Positions 30,610 to 40,655 are shown, counted from the stretch's first letter. The stretch is DNA of 64,000 nucleotides from Nitrospirales bacterium (GCA_965223295.1 CBDCWC010000003.1:1824001-1888000), one strand, 5' to 3'. Numbers and translations are program-made. The notes: generated from the sequence alone by a model not told the origin.

Positions 30610-32328
30610 ATGACTACCCTTTCCACACAACCTGAAAAAATTGATCGTGACACTCTTGCCGCATTATATGAAGAAACGTTTAAAAACATTGAAGAGGGAA
30701 CCATTACGGAAGGCAAGGTGATTGATATCCAGCGTGATCGGATTGTAGTGGATATTGGATATAAATCTGAAGGCATGATCCCCGTTGATCAATTCTCTTC
30801 AGAAGAACTTGAAACATTGACGGTCAATGACCCTGTGCAGGTCTATATTGAGCAATGCGAAGATGCCGACGGAAATTTGATGCTTTCCAAAGAGAAAGCC
30901 GACAAAATGAAAGTATGGGAGGACTTGGAAGTTGCCCATAAAGAAGAAACAGAGGTACAGGGCAAAGTGATTTCCCGTATTAAGGGCGGTATGATTGTGG
31001 ATATTGGCGTGAAAGCCTTTTTGCCAGGTTCCCAAATTGATTTGACTCCGGTACGAGATTTAGATGGTCTTGTTGGAAAGACCTACAACTTTAAAATTAT
31101 TAAGATTAATCATCGCCGGGGTAACGTGGTGGTCTCGCGGCGGGCGCTTCTAGAGGAAACTCGTGATAAGCGTCGGCAGACGACCTTATCCACCTTATCT
31201 GAAGGCCAGCTTATCGAAGGCACGGTGAAAAATATTACCGACTATGGGGCATTTTTAGATCTAGGTGGGATTGATGGCTTGTTGCATATTACCGATATTT
31301 CCTGGGGTCGGGTTGGGCATCCTTCCGATATCTTCTCCATAGGAGATCGGGTCGAGGTATTGGTTCTCAAGTATGATCGAGAAACAGGCCGAATTTCATT
31401 GGGTGTAAAACAAAAATCTGCCGATCCCTGGACAAAAGTTGAAGAAAAATATCCTGAACGGAGTCGGGTGAATGGCAAAGTGGTAAGCCTCACCGATTAT
31501 GGAGCATTCGTGGAACTTGAACCGGGTGTGGAAGGGTTGGTGCATGTCTCTGAAATGTCTTGGACCCATGAAGTCCGGCATCCTTCAAAGGTGGTGTCTG
31601 TGGGGGATGAAATTGAAGCGCAAGTGCTCCATGTTGATCAACATAGTCGAAAAATTTCGTTAGGGATGAAGCAAACCGCTCCTAATCCTTGGGATATTAT
31701 TGAACAAAAGTATCCCGAAGGAACCCAGATTGAAGGAAAAGTCAAAAGTGTGACCGACTTTGGTGCGTTTGTTGGACTGGACGAAGGGGTTGATGGATTG
31801 ATTCACATTTCGGACATGTCTTGGATCAAGCATATCAAGCATCCTTCGGAGTTGTTTAAAAAAGGACAGTCCGTCAATGCCATTATTCTCAAGATCGATA
31901 AAGATAAAGAACGGTTGTCTCTAGGGTATAAGCAATTGAGTTCAGATCCTTGGGTCAGTGATATTCCTCAACGATATCATGTCGGTGAGAATGCGACAGG
32001 CCAGGTGTCTAAGGTTGCAGACTTTGGTGTGTTTGTTGAATTGGAAGGGGGCGTGGAAGGGTTGATTCATGTCAGTGAGATCGGACAAGACCTGCAGGAA
32101 CACCTGGAAGAAAAATTTGTGGTTGGGCAGGAAGTGGTGGCGAAAATTGTGAAGGTGGATTGTGAAGATCGAAAAATTGCGCTCAGTCTTTGGGAGCATT
32201 TAAAAGACGTTGAGCAAAACGAGGTAGAGGAATTTAATAGCAGCCAAGGAACTGTCGATCAAAGTTTGGGTCGCGTGGCTCAAACGTCCGAAGACGAGGG
32301 GGAAACCCCAGAGTCTCACGGATCGTGA
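30610..32328 (+). CDS. rpsA: 30S ribosomal protein S1
   Basis: Six S1 repeats (DYGAF..LGGIDGLLH etc.); start moved to ATG 30610. Confidence 0.97.
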   Translation: MTTLSTQPEKIDRDTLAALYEETFKNIEEGTITEGKVIDIQRDRIVVDIGYKSEGMIPVDQFSSEELETLTVNDPVQVYIEQCEDADGNLMLSKEKADKMKVWEDLEVAHKEETEVQGKVISRIKGGMIVDIGVKAFLPGSQIDLTPVRDLDGLVGKTYNFKIIKINHRRGNVVVSRRALLEETRDKRRQTTLSTLSEGQLIEGTVKNITDYGAFLDLGGIDGLLHITDISWGRVGHPSDIFSIGDRVEVLVLKYDRETGRISLGVKQKSADPWTKVEEKYPERSRVNGKVVSLTDYGAFVELEPGVEGLVHVSEMSWTHEVRHPSKVVSVGDEIEAQVLHVDQHSRKISLGMKQTAPNPWDIIEQKYPEGTQIEGKVKSVTDFGAFVGLDEGVDGLIHISDMSWIKHIKHPSELFKKGQSVNAIILKIDKDKERLSLGYKQLSSDPWVSDIPQRYHVGENATGQVSKVADFGVFVELEGGVEGLIHVSEIGQDLQEHLEEKFVVGQEVVAKIVKVDCEDRKIALSLWEHLKDVEQNEVEEFNSSQGTVDQSLGRVAQTSEDEGETPESHGS

Positions 32329-32359
32329 TAAACGTTGTTGCCGAGTGGAGTGAGTTCTA

Positions 32360-33238
32360 ATGAGTGAAGGCTATCCTCGTTGGAAGCGTGTGTTCTGGAT
32401 GCTTCTTGCAGGCGTGACCCTGTTTTTGATTGGGAAGGCTCTACTGCCGGAGTTACTACTAGCAGGGAAAGAAGGGGTCGCGATCGTTCGAGTTGAGGGT
32501 CCTATCCTTGATTCCCAGCAAACGATTACAGAGCTTCAAGCTTTTGCCGATGATCCATTGGTCAAGGCCATTGTTGTGAGAATAGACAGCCCGGGTGGAG
32601 GCGTTGCACCTTCTCAAGAAATCTATAATGCGGTTAAGCGAGTCAGAAAAGAGCAAAATAAAACGGTGGTGGCCTCGATGGGGACAGTTGCGGCCTCGGG
32701 GGGCTATTACATTGCGGTGGGCACGGATAGGATTTTGGCCAATCCTGGGACGCTCACCGGAAGCATTGGTGTGATCATGCAGATGGCGAACTTTCAAGAA
32801 TTGTTAGACAAAGTTGGCGTGAAAAGTGTCGTGGTTAAGACGGGGAAGTTTAAAGATCTAGGGTCGCCTTTTCGACCAATGAGTGAAGAAGATCAGGAAA
32901 TCTTGGAAGGGGTGATGAATGATACGTTGAGCCAATTCATTGAAGCGGTTGCAGATGGACGTTCGTTGGATCCCGCAGAGGTGGAACTCTTAGCCGACGG
33001 TCGTGTATTTACAGGACGACAAGCCAAATCAGTGTTGCTGGTGGATGAAATTGGTGATTTACACGATGCCATTCATTTAGCTGGTGAATTGAGTGGTATT
33101 GAAGGCACACCCCGGGTGATGGAAACCACCAAACCGTTTTCATTCCAAGAGTTTCTTGAGAGTACGTTTCTAGGAAATGTCCGAGGGTTAACCCCCTCTA
33201 GGTTTTCCGCCCCTTTGCTCTATCTATGGGTGGCATAG
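32360..33238 (+). CDS. sppA: Signal peptide peptidase SppA (36K type)
   Basis: IDSPGG, AASGGYY, TGSIGV, DGRVFTG. Confidence 0.93.
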   Translation: MSEGYPRWKRVFWMLLAGVTLFLIGKALLPELLLAGKEGVAIVRVEGPILDSQQTITELQAFADDPLVKAIVVRIDSPGGGVAPSQEIYNAVKRVRKEQNKTVVASMGTVAASGGYYIAVGTDRILANPGTLTGSIGVIMQMANFQELLDKVGVKSVVVKTGKFKDLGSPFRPMSEEDQEILEGVMNDTLSQFIEAVADGRSLDPAEVELLADGRVFTGRQAKSVLLVDEIGDLHDAIHLAGELSGIEGTPRVMETTKPFSFQEFLESTFLGNVRGLTPSRFSAPLLYLWVA

Positions 33239-33257
33239 CTAAATCAAGGAGGATTGG

Positions 33258-33554
33258 ATGACAAAAGCGGATCTCATCGAAAGATTGGCGGAAAAGGCTC
33301 CCCAATTAAGTCGACGACAAGCCGAGTTGGTAGTCAACACTATTTTTGATTCAATCCGTGACTCATTGAAGCGCGGCGAAAAGACTGAAATACGAGGATT
33401 TGGGAGTTTCCGGTTGCGTCATCGTCAAACGAAAGAGGGGCGTAATCCCAAAACAGGAGAATCGGTATCGGTTCCCGAAAAATGGATGCCATTCTTTAAA
33501 GCGGGCAAAGAGATTAAAGAATTACTCAATCCTGAAGAACAAACAGCGTTGTGA
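33258..33554 (+). CDS. ihfB: Integration host factor beta
   Basis: MTKADLIE, EIRGFGSF, GRNPKTG, FKAGK; canonical position after rpsA-sppA. Confidence 0.9.
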   Translation: MTKADLIERLAEKAPQLSRRQAELVVNTIFDSIRDSLKRGEKTEIRGFGSFRLRHRQTKEGRNPKTGESVSVPEKWMPFFKAGKEIKELLNPEEQTAL

Positions 33555-33557
33555 CCT

Positions 33558-34544
33558 ATGTCGGATTCTGAGTCATCACCAACGGTCCAAGATATTTCTT
33601 GGACGGAAGATGCGCTTTTGCGATTAGAGCGTGCGCCGATTTTTTTACAAGGAATGGTTCGCCGGCTGGCGGAAAAAAAAGCTAAAGAACTCGGTTATGT
33701 GGAGATAACCGTTGATACTCTGGACAAATTTAAGAACCAAATGATGGGGCAAATGGGTGGGGAGGCAGGAATGTCTCAAGCTGTCGCTGATATGGCTTCT
33801 GGCAAGCTACCCTGGACTGCCGAAGCTAAGAAACGACTAGAAACCATTCCAGAATTCATGCGAAGTATGATTGCGAATATTGCTGAGGATGTTGCCCGAG
33901 AGCGCGGGCATATGGAAGTGAATGTTGAGTTGTTTGAAAAGGTTGAAGCCTTAGGAGATATTCAAGAGCAAGCGGCTCTTCCGTTAGAATGGACAGAAGA
34001 AGCCTTGGCTTTGCTGCACCAAAAAATTGAACATTCTCCACCGATGGCGAAGGAGTTTGTGGCAGATATGTTGAAACATGATGCCGAAGACCTTGCTCGT
34101 GAACAAGGAATCATGCACATAGATGCTGAATCTCTTCAGCGTCTTTGGGAGGCCCCGCAATCACAAGTGGCTTGGGCTGATGATGCGTGGAAACGTCTTC
34201 AAACCTCTCCGGATTTTGTCCGGAGCGGAATCCGAAAAGCCGCCGAGCGTCGGGCGCGAAAGCTGGGTCTTCAGGAAATTGATTCGGAACATTTGACGGT
34301 GTTTCGAAATGAAGCCATGATGAAAGCCGTCAAACGTATTCGAGCGTTTGGATATAAAGAGCTCACGTTTGATGCCTTTGATGATGCGCTCGGTAAGGTC
34401 AAACGGTTAAAAGGCAATGAGCAAGCTGAACACCGCTTAGAAGAAATCCGAGACTATATGAAAACCAAGCCCGATGTCGGGGTTTTGGGTGAAGAGCTTA
34501 TGGGTCGTTTCCGGTCCTATTTAAAAGGGGAGGGAAAATTATAA
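33558..34544 (+). CDS. Protein built from four PCP_red-like (BchB/ChlB C-terminal) repeats
   Basis: Four W-T-x-E/D-A-x-x-x-L...P..F...A-E-x-x-A-x-x-x-G repeats. Confidence 0.75.
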   Translation: MSDSESSPTVQDISWTEDALLRLERAPIFLQGMVRRLAEKKAKELGYVEITVDTLDKFKNQMMGQMGGEAGMSQAVADMASGKLPWTAEAKKRLETIPEFMRSMIANIAEDVARERGHMEVNVELFEKVEALGDIQEQAALPLEWTEEALALLHQKIEHSPPMAKEFVADMLKHDAEDLAREQGIMHIDAESLQRLWEAPQSQVAWADDAWKRLQTSPDFVRSGIRKAAERRARKLGLQEIDSEHLTVFRNEAMMKAVKRIRAFGYKELTFDAFDDALGKVKRLKGNEQAEHRLEEIRDYMKTKPDVGVLGEELMGRFRSYLKGEGKL

Positions 34545-34606
34545 ATCTGTTTCTCCTGGGCCTTGTCGCTATTTGACTTTTTCTGCTCGCTCTTTTTATG
34601 TATTTC

Positions 34607-35245
34607 CTACCTCTTGCTTGTAAGATTCGCTCCTTCTTTTGCCAGTTGATCCACGGTCTCATTTTCGGGATTTCCCGAATGAGCTTTGATTTTTACCCAA
34701 TGAATGGTAATTCCTGAGGCGTTCACGGCTTCGGCATAAAATTGGGTAAACGGCAACTTCGCTCGCCAGGCTCCAGTCGCCCAGCTTTCTAAGCCTTGAT
34801 AATCATAATGCAACGAAACTTCTTGAATACCATTTGACTGGCACCAGTCTAATGCTTTCAAAATTCCAAAAATTTCTCCTGCTACATTTCGATGAACATG
34901 GGCTTCAGGGGGAATATCATTTCCCATATCGCGGTATATCTCTTTCCCATCTTTCTTCACCAGTAAGCCCCATCCAATATGGAGCGAACCGTCATCTTGT
35001 GGGACGCATGATCCATCAACCCAAATTGCAATGTTAGAATGAGAAGATAATTGTAAAGTTGGCTCCGGGTTATCAGAAGGGTGATCTATATCAGCAAGAA
35101 AGGCATCAGCTTCCTCTCTGGTAGGGAAAGCTTTATAGACGGCTCCAGGAAATTTGAAGACTTGTTTTCGGCAAGCCTCCCAACTTGTAAAGACTCCAGT
35201 GGTGCGTCCTCGACGGACTGCGTAATACTTCATCGTTGGTGACAT
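34607..35245 (-). CDS. Ribonuclease HI with N-terminal Cauli_VI hybrid-binding domain
   Basis: YYAVRRGRTTGVFTSWEAC...YKAF; WVDGS, RNVAGE, YDY.G, KAHSG..NE.VD.LAK. Confidence 0.9.
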   Translation of the reverse strand: MSPTMKYYAVRRGRTTGVFTSWEACRKQVFKFPGAVYKAFPTREEADAFLADIDHPSDNPEPTLQLSSHSNIAIWVDGSCVPQDDGSLHIGWGLLVKKDGKEIYRDMGNDIPPEAHVHRNVAGEIFGILKALDWCQSNGIQEVSLHYDYQGLESWATGAWRAKLPFTQFYAEAVNASGITIHWVKIKAHSGNPENETVDQLAKEGANLTSKR

Positions 35246-35281
35246 CGGAATGTCCGAAGTTAGCGAACTTCTCTGTTGAGA

Positions 35282-36487
35282 CTAGTCGCCAGGGCCACTC
35301 AATGCTTTGATTTTGGCTTCCGCAATGGCTGCGTGAGTGGCTTCATCTGGATTGTCTCCAACGAGTGCCAGAAAGGTTTCGTATTCTTGAATCGCGCGTT
35401 TAGGGTTCATCAACTCAAATGCCCTGGCCAAATTGAATCGGGCTTGTGGGTAAGCGGGTTGCAAGGCTAAAGCTTTTTCATAGGCTTGGATGCCTGCCGG
35501 GACTCTTTCCAATTTGACCAGGACGTTTCCATAGCTGTTGAGGATATTAGCCGCATAAGGCTGAATATCTAATGCGGTCTCGATAGACGCTTTTGCGTCA
35601 GACAATTGCCCCAGATCTGAGAAAGCGAGTCCGAGGCGATGATGGGCTTCGGCTCGTTGTTTTGAATCAGTCAAGCCATGGTTAATGGCCCTTTGATAGG
35701 CATCTCGTGCGATGTCAGGATGTCTGGTCCCACACGAGGCAAATAGTGCAATCTCTCCTCTCGCGAATTGTTGCAGAGCTAGAAACCTTGCGTCCGTTGA
35801 TAAAGCTGGGGCTGAAACAGAGAGATTTTTTTGATCAGGATCTGGTGTCGTTGTCAGATAAGAAAGAAATCGTGAGTGACTGCCATCCAAGAGTGATTCA
35901 TAGGGGTCGAGAACCAAGACGGCCATGATGAGACGGTCGTCCTCATCAGGCCTATGACGAAGATAATATTGATGAGTGGTCGTGGCTTCTCCTGTGCGGT
36001 ATAGCGTGGCTGAATCAGGAACCTGTCCTTCAAGAAGTTCGGATGAGGTCAGGTAAAATTCCCGGGTTGGGGGTAATTGGGAAAGAGTGTTTCTTAGGGT
36101 AGGATAATCATCCAAGTCGAGCCCATCTGGGAATACGGTGATGACTCCTACGAGTGTCTCGTCTTCATTGAAGATAACCCATTGCCCTTGTTTAATTGGA
36201 GCAATGAGTTCTTGGAAATGTTCAATGCCTTTTCCCCATGGAGATTCCTGGCTTTTGGTTTTCAACAAACTTTTTTGAGCCTCAGCTTTTGTCTGACAAA
36301 GATGGGCTTGCCCTAAGAGGTTCAGATCACTTGCTGACGGAGGCAATGAGGATGGTGGGGGAGCGGTTGTACAATGTGTTAGGAGTAAGAGCGTACATGC
36401 TCCTATGTTTTTCAGTAGCCGCAAGAACACTCGGCGGTGTTGGAAATGTTGGATTGGGACCGTACTCATGGCGAATAGGCTACCCAC
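35282..36487 (-). CDS. TPR-containing putative lipoprotein
   Basis: LLLLTHC followed by a Pro/Ser linker; C-terminal TPRs (AHHRLG, ILNSYG, ARFNLA); start uncertain. Confidence 0.75.
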   Translation of the reverse strand: MGSLFAMSTVPIQHFQHRRVFLRLLKNIGACTLLLLTHCTTAPPPSSLPPSASDLNLLGQAHLCQTKAEAQKSLLKTKSQESPWGKGIEHFQELIAPIKQGQWVIFNEDETLVGVITVFPDGLDLDDYPTLRNTLSQLPPTREFYLTSSELLEGQVPDSATLYRTGEATTTHQYYLRHRPDEDDRLIMAVLVLDPYESLLDGSHSRFLSYLTTTPDPDQKNLSVSAPALSTDARFLALQQFARGEIALFASCGTRHPDIARDAYQRAINHGLTDSKQRAEAHHRLGLAFSDLGQLSDAKASIETALDIQPYAANILNSYGNVLVKLERVPAGIQAYEKALALQPAYPQARFNLARAFELMNPKRAIQEYETFLALVGDNPDEATHAAIAEAKIKALSGPGD

Positions 36488-36541
36488 ATGATTGTCCGTA
36501 TTTCGAAAAATGAAGGATTGAGAATAGAGGTATTTGTACTC

Positions 36542-36616
36542 TGGTGGGCGATACTGGGATCGAACCAGTGGCCTCTGCCGTGTGAAGGCAGCGCTCTCCC
36601 ACTGAGCTAATCGCCC
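36542..36616 (-). tRNA. tRNA-Val(CAC)
   Basis: Reverse complement GGGCGATTAGCTCAG...CTGCC-TTCACAC-GGCAG...GGTTCGATCCC...CGCCCACCA. Confidence 0.97.
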
Positions 36617-36685
36617 AAAGCCCTCAATCTATCACATTGTTAGAAGGGGAGCAATTAATTGTAACGGGTCAAGCTTGCTTCAATC

Positions 36686-36715
36686 TTGACGCTCCAGGAA
36701 ACGGTGGAGTAGGCT
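36686..36715 (+). promoter_or_regulatory. Putative sigma70 promoter of pup
   Basis: TTGACG-N18-TAGGCT followed by SD AAGGAGG. Confidence 0.45.
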
Positions 36716-36752
36716 GAAATCAAGTGTTTGCACCATATAAAGGAGGTGGAGA

Positions 36753-36956
36753 ATGGACAAGCAAGATCGAAAGCATGAGTCCAAAAAGCCAAGCGCTCCT
36801 CAAGAGACTGAAGACATCAAGGCCAATCCCAAGGTGGCTGAAACTGGGCAACGATTAAAAGAAGAAATGGATGACTTAGTTGACGAGATTGATAAAGTCC
36901 TCGAAGAAAATGCCGCTGAGTTTGTGAAAAACTACGTGCAAAAAGGCGGGGAATAG
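36753..36956 (+). CDS. pup: Prokaryotic ubiquitin-like protein Pup
   Basis: DDLVDEIDKVLEENAAEFVKNYVQKGGE C-terminus; low-complexity N-terminus; strong SD. Confidence 0.92.
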   Translation: MDKQDRKHESKKPSAPQETEDIKANPKVAETGQRLKEEMDDLVDEIDKVLEENAAEFVKNYVQKGGE

Positions 36957-37053
36957 CTTCTAGGTTTTTAAAAGGTGCTCGTTGCCCGCACATCTGTCCT
37001 TCCTAATTGCTGTATTACCTGTTTATTGCATAACCCTCGTTTAGTCTTACGTC

Positions 37054-37084
37054 GTCATTCCCGACATTTTTAATCGGGAATCCA
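37054..37084. repeat. REP-like hairpin GTCATTCCCGA-loop-TCGGGAATCCA
   Basis: ATTCCCGA/TCGGGAAT stem; resembles the widespread GTCATTCCC...GGGAATCC palindromes; single copy in this window. Confidence 0.45.
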
Positions 37085-37288
37085 TCTTAGTGTTCCTCAT
37101 AAACATCCAAACAATTTTTGTGTAGCTGGGTTTGGCCCCAGCCTCTATTGAATCCGATGTGGTCGCTCATTGCTGTTTGGGATATGAACATGATCTCGAT
37201 ATGAGGGAATATTCAGCAATTTCTTTGGTTTTTTGCTATGATTTTTTAGTATAAGCAGGGGTAGTATTGTAGATGCTGTGGGAAGCCT

Positions 37289-39466
37289 ATGAGTGTTGTA
37301 CAACTGACAGACATTGAACAGTTGATGGAACAAGTTGTTGCGTATGATCCTGAGGCTGATACGAGCCTGATTCGTCGGGCTTATGAATACTCAGTGAAAG
37401 CGCATGAAGGACAAATGCGTCAAACTGGAGAACCCTATGTGCAGCATCCATTAGCCGTTGCAGGCATTTTGACATTTTTAAAACTTGATGTGACGGCCAT
37501 TGCTGCGGGGCTGCTTCATGACACGCTTGAAGATACGGTTGCGACCCAGGAAGACTTGGAACAGGAGTTTGGAGCGGACGTAGTGCGGCTGGTTGAAGGG
37601 GTGACAAAGATTGGTCAGATTCCCTTTAAAACGTATGAAGAGAAGCAGGCAGAAAATTTTCGAAAAATGGTGCTGTCCATGGCGGATGATATTCGCGTGG
37701 TCTTCATCAAACTGGCCGATCGCCTTCATAATATGCAGACCTTGGATGCGTTGTCGGACGAAAAACGGAAAAAAATCGCTCAAGAAACGATGGAGATTTA
37801 TGCTCCCTTAGCGAACCGGCTTGGCATGAGCTGGATCAAGCAAGAATTAGAGGATTTATGTTTTCAGTATCTCCAACCGGAATCTTGTTCTTTTTTGAAA
37901 TTGCGGTTGGCAAAAAAAGATATTGAGCGGCAAGCGTATATTCAATCGCTCATTCATGTGGCTCAGAAAGCTCTTGCTGAGCAGGGCCTGTCTGGCCAAA
38001 TCGATGGGCGTCCGAAACATCTCTATAGTATTTATCAAAAAATGGAGCGGCGTTCGGTGGCATTTGATGAAATCTATGATCTAACGGCCATTCGCATTGT
38101 GACGGACTCCAAAATGAATTGCTATGCCGTATTGGGCCTCATTCATTCAATTTGGCCTCCGGTGCCCGGTCGGTTTAAGGACTATGTAGCCACGCCACGG
38201 GCGAATCTCTATCAGTCTTTGCATACGACGGTTGTGGGCCCTCAAGGAGAATATGTGGAGTTTCAGATTCGAACGGCTGAAATGCATCGGATTAATGAAT
38301 ATGGGGTGGCGGCGCATTGGCTGTATAAGGAGCCGGGGAATGCTCGAAAGAATGATGAGAAAGTGTTTAGCTGGCTTCGTCAGTTTGTGGAATGGCACAA
38401 AGACCTTTCAGATAATCGACAGTTCATGGATTCGGTCAAATTAGACCTCTTCCACGATGTGGTCTTTGTCTTTACTCCTAAGGGCGAAGTGCGGGAAGTT
38501 CCGGTTGGCTCGACCCCATTGGATTTAGCTTATGCGATTCACACTGAAATTGGCGATCATTGTGTGGGGGCAAAAATTAACGGGAAGCTAGCTCCCCTTC
38601 GCTATCAATTACATAGTGGGGATATGGTGGAAATTCTGACATCCCCCTCGCAGGTTCCTCATCGTGGGTGGCTAAAGTTCGTTCGAACCTCAAAAGCCAA
38701 AACAAAAATCAAGCATTGGTTTAAAGTGGAAGAACAAAAGCGAGCTCTCGAGCTTGGGAGTCGTCTCTTGGAGCAAGAGTTTCGTCGGCAAGCTTTCTCT
38801 CTAGAGGAATCATTGAAGTCTGAACGTCTGTTGTCGATGGCCAAAGTGAAGGGCTGTGAAACCGTCGATGAACTCCTTCGTTTGGTTGGGTTTGGGCGGC
38901 TGGCTCCAGATCAAATTGTGGGTCATTTTAAAGAAGAGCAACAACAATCCGCTCCTTTACCTGCCTCAAGTGAGACGGCTTCACCTCAACGCAAGATCCC
39001 AGCGCTTCTTCATGATGGACCTGTAAAATTTGGAGGCGCCAAAGATGTTCTTATGCAGCTTTCAAAATGCTGTAATCCGGTTCCAGGGGAAATTATTCGT
39101 GGGTATATTACGCGAGGGCGAGGGTTATCAATTCATGCTGCCGATTGTCCAAACTTCCAATCGTTGGAATGGGACCAAAGCCGACTTGTCGAGGTGGAAT
39201 GGGATCCAGCGGTTGAAGGGCCTCATTCGGTAGACGTTTCAGTCGTTACTCTGGATCGTCCAGGAATGCTCGCCAAAGTGTCTTCCGGAATCTCCAAAAA
39301 TCAGGCGAATATCACGAAAGCCGAAATGTCAACCAGGGAGGATCAAAAAGCCGTTTTGGATTTTGCACTTGAAGTGAAGAATACGGCACATCTCGAACTG
39401 ATTCTGCAGGACATTCAACGTGTCGATGGCATTCTTTCTGCCAAACGTGTTAGAGGGTGGTCTTAA
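37289..39466 (+). CDS. rel: Bifunctional (p)ppGpp synthetase/hydrolase (long RSH)
   Basis: Intact LLHDTLED HD domain, KLADRLHNM, YQSLHT, EFQIRT, TGS, CC zinc motif, ACT. Confidence 0.96.
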   Translation: MSVVQLTDIEQLMEQVVAYDPEADTSLIRRAYEYSVKAHEGQMRQTGEPYVQHPLAVAGILTFLKLDVTAIAAGLLHDTLEDTVATQEDLEQEFGADVVRLVEGVTKIGQIPFKTYEEKQAENFRKMVLSMADDIRVVFIKLADRLHNMQTLDALSDEKRKKIAQETMEIYAPLANRLGMSWIKQELEDLCFQYLQPESCSFLKLRLAKKDIERQAYIQSLIHVAQKALAEQGLSGQIDGRPKHLYSIYQKMERRSVAFDEIYDLTAIRIVTDSKMNCYAVLGLIHSIWPPVPGRFKDYVATPRANLYQSLHTTVVGPQGEYVEFQIRTAEMHRINEYGVAAHWLYKEPGNARKNDEKVFSWLRQFVEWHKDLSDNRQFMDSVKLDLFHDVVFVFTPKGEVREVPVGSTPLDLAYAIHTEIGDHCVGAKINGKLAPLRYQLHSGDMVEILTSPSQVPHRGWLKFVRTSKAKTKIKHWFKVEEQKRALELGSRLLEQEFRRQAFSLEESLKSERLLSMAKVKGCETVDELLRLVGFGRLAPDQIVGHFKEEQQQSAPLPASSETASPQRKIPALLHDGPVKFGGAKDVLMQLSKCCNPVPGEIIRGYITRGRGLSIHAADCPNFQSLEWDQSRLVEVEWDPAVEGPHSVDVSVVTLDRPGMLAKVSSGISKNQANITKAEMSTREDQKAVLDFALEVKNTAHLELILQDIQRVDGILSAKRVRGWS

Positions 39467-39496
39467 TTTACTTGGGTGGGCGAAAGAATGAGAAAT

Positions 39497-40000
39497 TTAG
39501 TAGGGGAAGCTCATGGGAGGAAGGTCAATCACGAGCTGGCTACCGATTGACAAGTCAAGCTTTTCAGTCATGCCAGCGTTTAGTTCAAGGACCTGCAGCG
39601 ACTTGATAGGGGCCCCATATCGAGGGCATCCATCGTCCTTTCGAGTACAAATGGGAACATGTGGTTCCAGGTAAACAATGGTCCCAGATTCATCTAGCCA
39701 GAGCATATCGAGCGGAATCAGGGTGTTCTTCATCCAAAAGTTGTGGTCTCCCGGTTCAGGGAAGAGAAAAAGCATTCCCCGATCGGGGGCCATGGAACCC
39801 CGAAACATCAATCCTTTTGCACGTTTATCCGGAGAATCTGCGATTTCTACAAAGATCGTGGACCCATTTGGGGTGACAATCGTGCCCAAGCCATTCCCTG
39901 ATGGTGAAATTGATTGTCCATTCACTATTTGGAAGGTCAGGGGTAATGCACCAACAATGAATCCCATGATCAATCCTAGGAGAACCATTCTTGAGGTCAT
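39497..40000 (-). CDS. DUF192 family exported protein
   Basis: VEIAD..RAKGLMFR, GMLF, FWMKNTLIPLD, VLELNAG. Confidence 0.9.
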   Translation of the reverse strand: MTSRMVLLGLIMGFIVGALPLTFQIVNGQSISPSGNGLGTIVTPNGSTIFVEIADSPDKRAKGLMFRGSMAPDRGMLFLFPEPGDHNFWMKNTLIPLDMLWLDESGTIVYLEPHVPICTRKDDGCPRYGAPIKSLQVLELNAGMTEKLDLSIGSQLVIDLPPMSFPY

Positions 40001-40023
40001 GTCGTGCTCAACGTAAATATCAT

Positions 40024-40210
40024 GGGCCTGTTGAAAAAAACCGCCAGCAGCGTTCTCGCCATTGTTCCGTGCTCAGGTATTGCCAGTACGCTCCGTGGGC
40101 AAACATGGCTGTGGCCTTGCTGAGACATTTTGAACAGCCCCGATGTTGTTGATGGCGAACCGCTTCCGGGCGAAATATGGCCCTTGATATCTTCATTATT
40201 CACCACTCCC
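40024..40210 (-). mobile_element. ~190 bp MITE, copy 4
   Basis: GGGCCTGTTGAAAAAA ... ATTATTCACCACTCCC; flanks ATCAT (40019-40023) and GTCAT (40211-40215), a 4/5 match. Confidence 0.88.
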
Positions 40211-40344
40211 GTCATAGGAAAATGGAACAGGCGCATGAAGGTTCCTTTCCTGTCGCTTGAGATCCAGCAATGTGTCTTGTATGAAAGGTATTTGTCAAAT
40301 GTCCTCTTGTTCTCGCATCGCTTGGAAAAGAGTAATCTTCGGTC

Positions 40345-40373
40345 TTGACCTAAACTACTCAGAAAATTATAAT
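40345..40373 (+). promoter_or_regulatory. Sigma70 promoter of the tRNA-tuf operon
   Basis: TTGACC-N17-TATAAT. Confidence 0.75.
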
Positions 40374-40570
40374 ATTCTGTTTACAGGTAGAGTAGGTTTA
40401 ATTTTCCGCTCCTGTAGGTAGAGACAAACCTTTTAGTATTGGTTGTTGAATGGGATCACTGGGAGAGGATTGTTGCCTTGCCTGCCTTCTCGTCACGTAG
40501 ATCTTCATCTAGTTTCCATGATGTAACTCAAAGACGGTTTAGGTAGAAAACGGCCCTACATTGGTCAAAT

Positions 40571-40655
40571 GGGCAGGTACCCAAGTGGTCAACGGGGGCA
40601 GACTGTAAATCTGCTGCCATCGGCTTCCAAGGTTCGAACCCTTGCCTGCCCACCA
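40571..40655 (+). tRNA. tRNA-Tyr(GTA)
   Basis: GCAGA-CTGTAAA-TCTGC anticodon arm, long variable arm, CCA end. Confidence 0.97.

Noticed and set aside
35282-37280. Integrative element at tRNA-Val
   Set aside because: No integrase and no duplicated tRNA 3' end were seen.
40374-40570. Expected tRNA-Thr(TGT) or an ncRNA ahead of tRNA-Tyr
   Set aside because: No cloverleaf, T-loop or recognisable motif could be found by eye.
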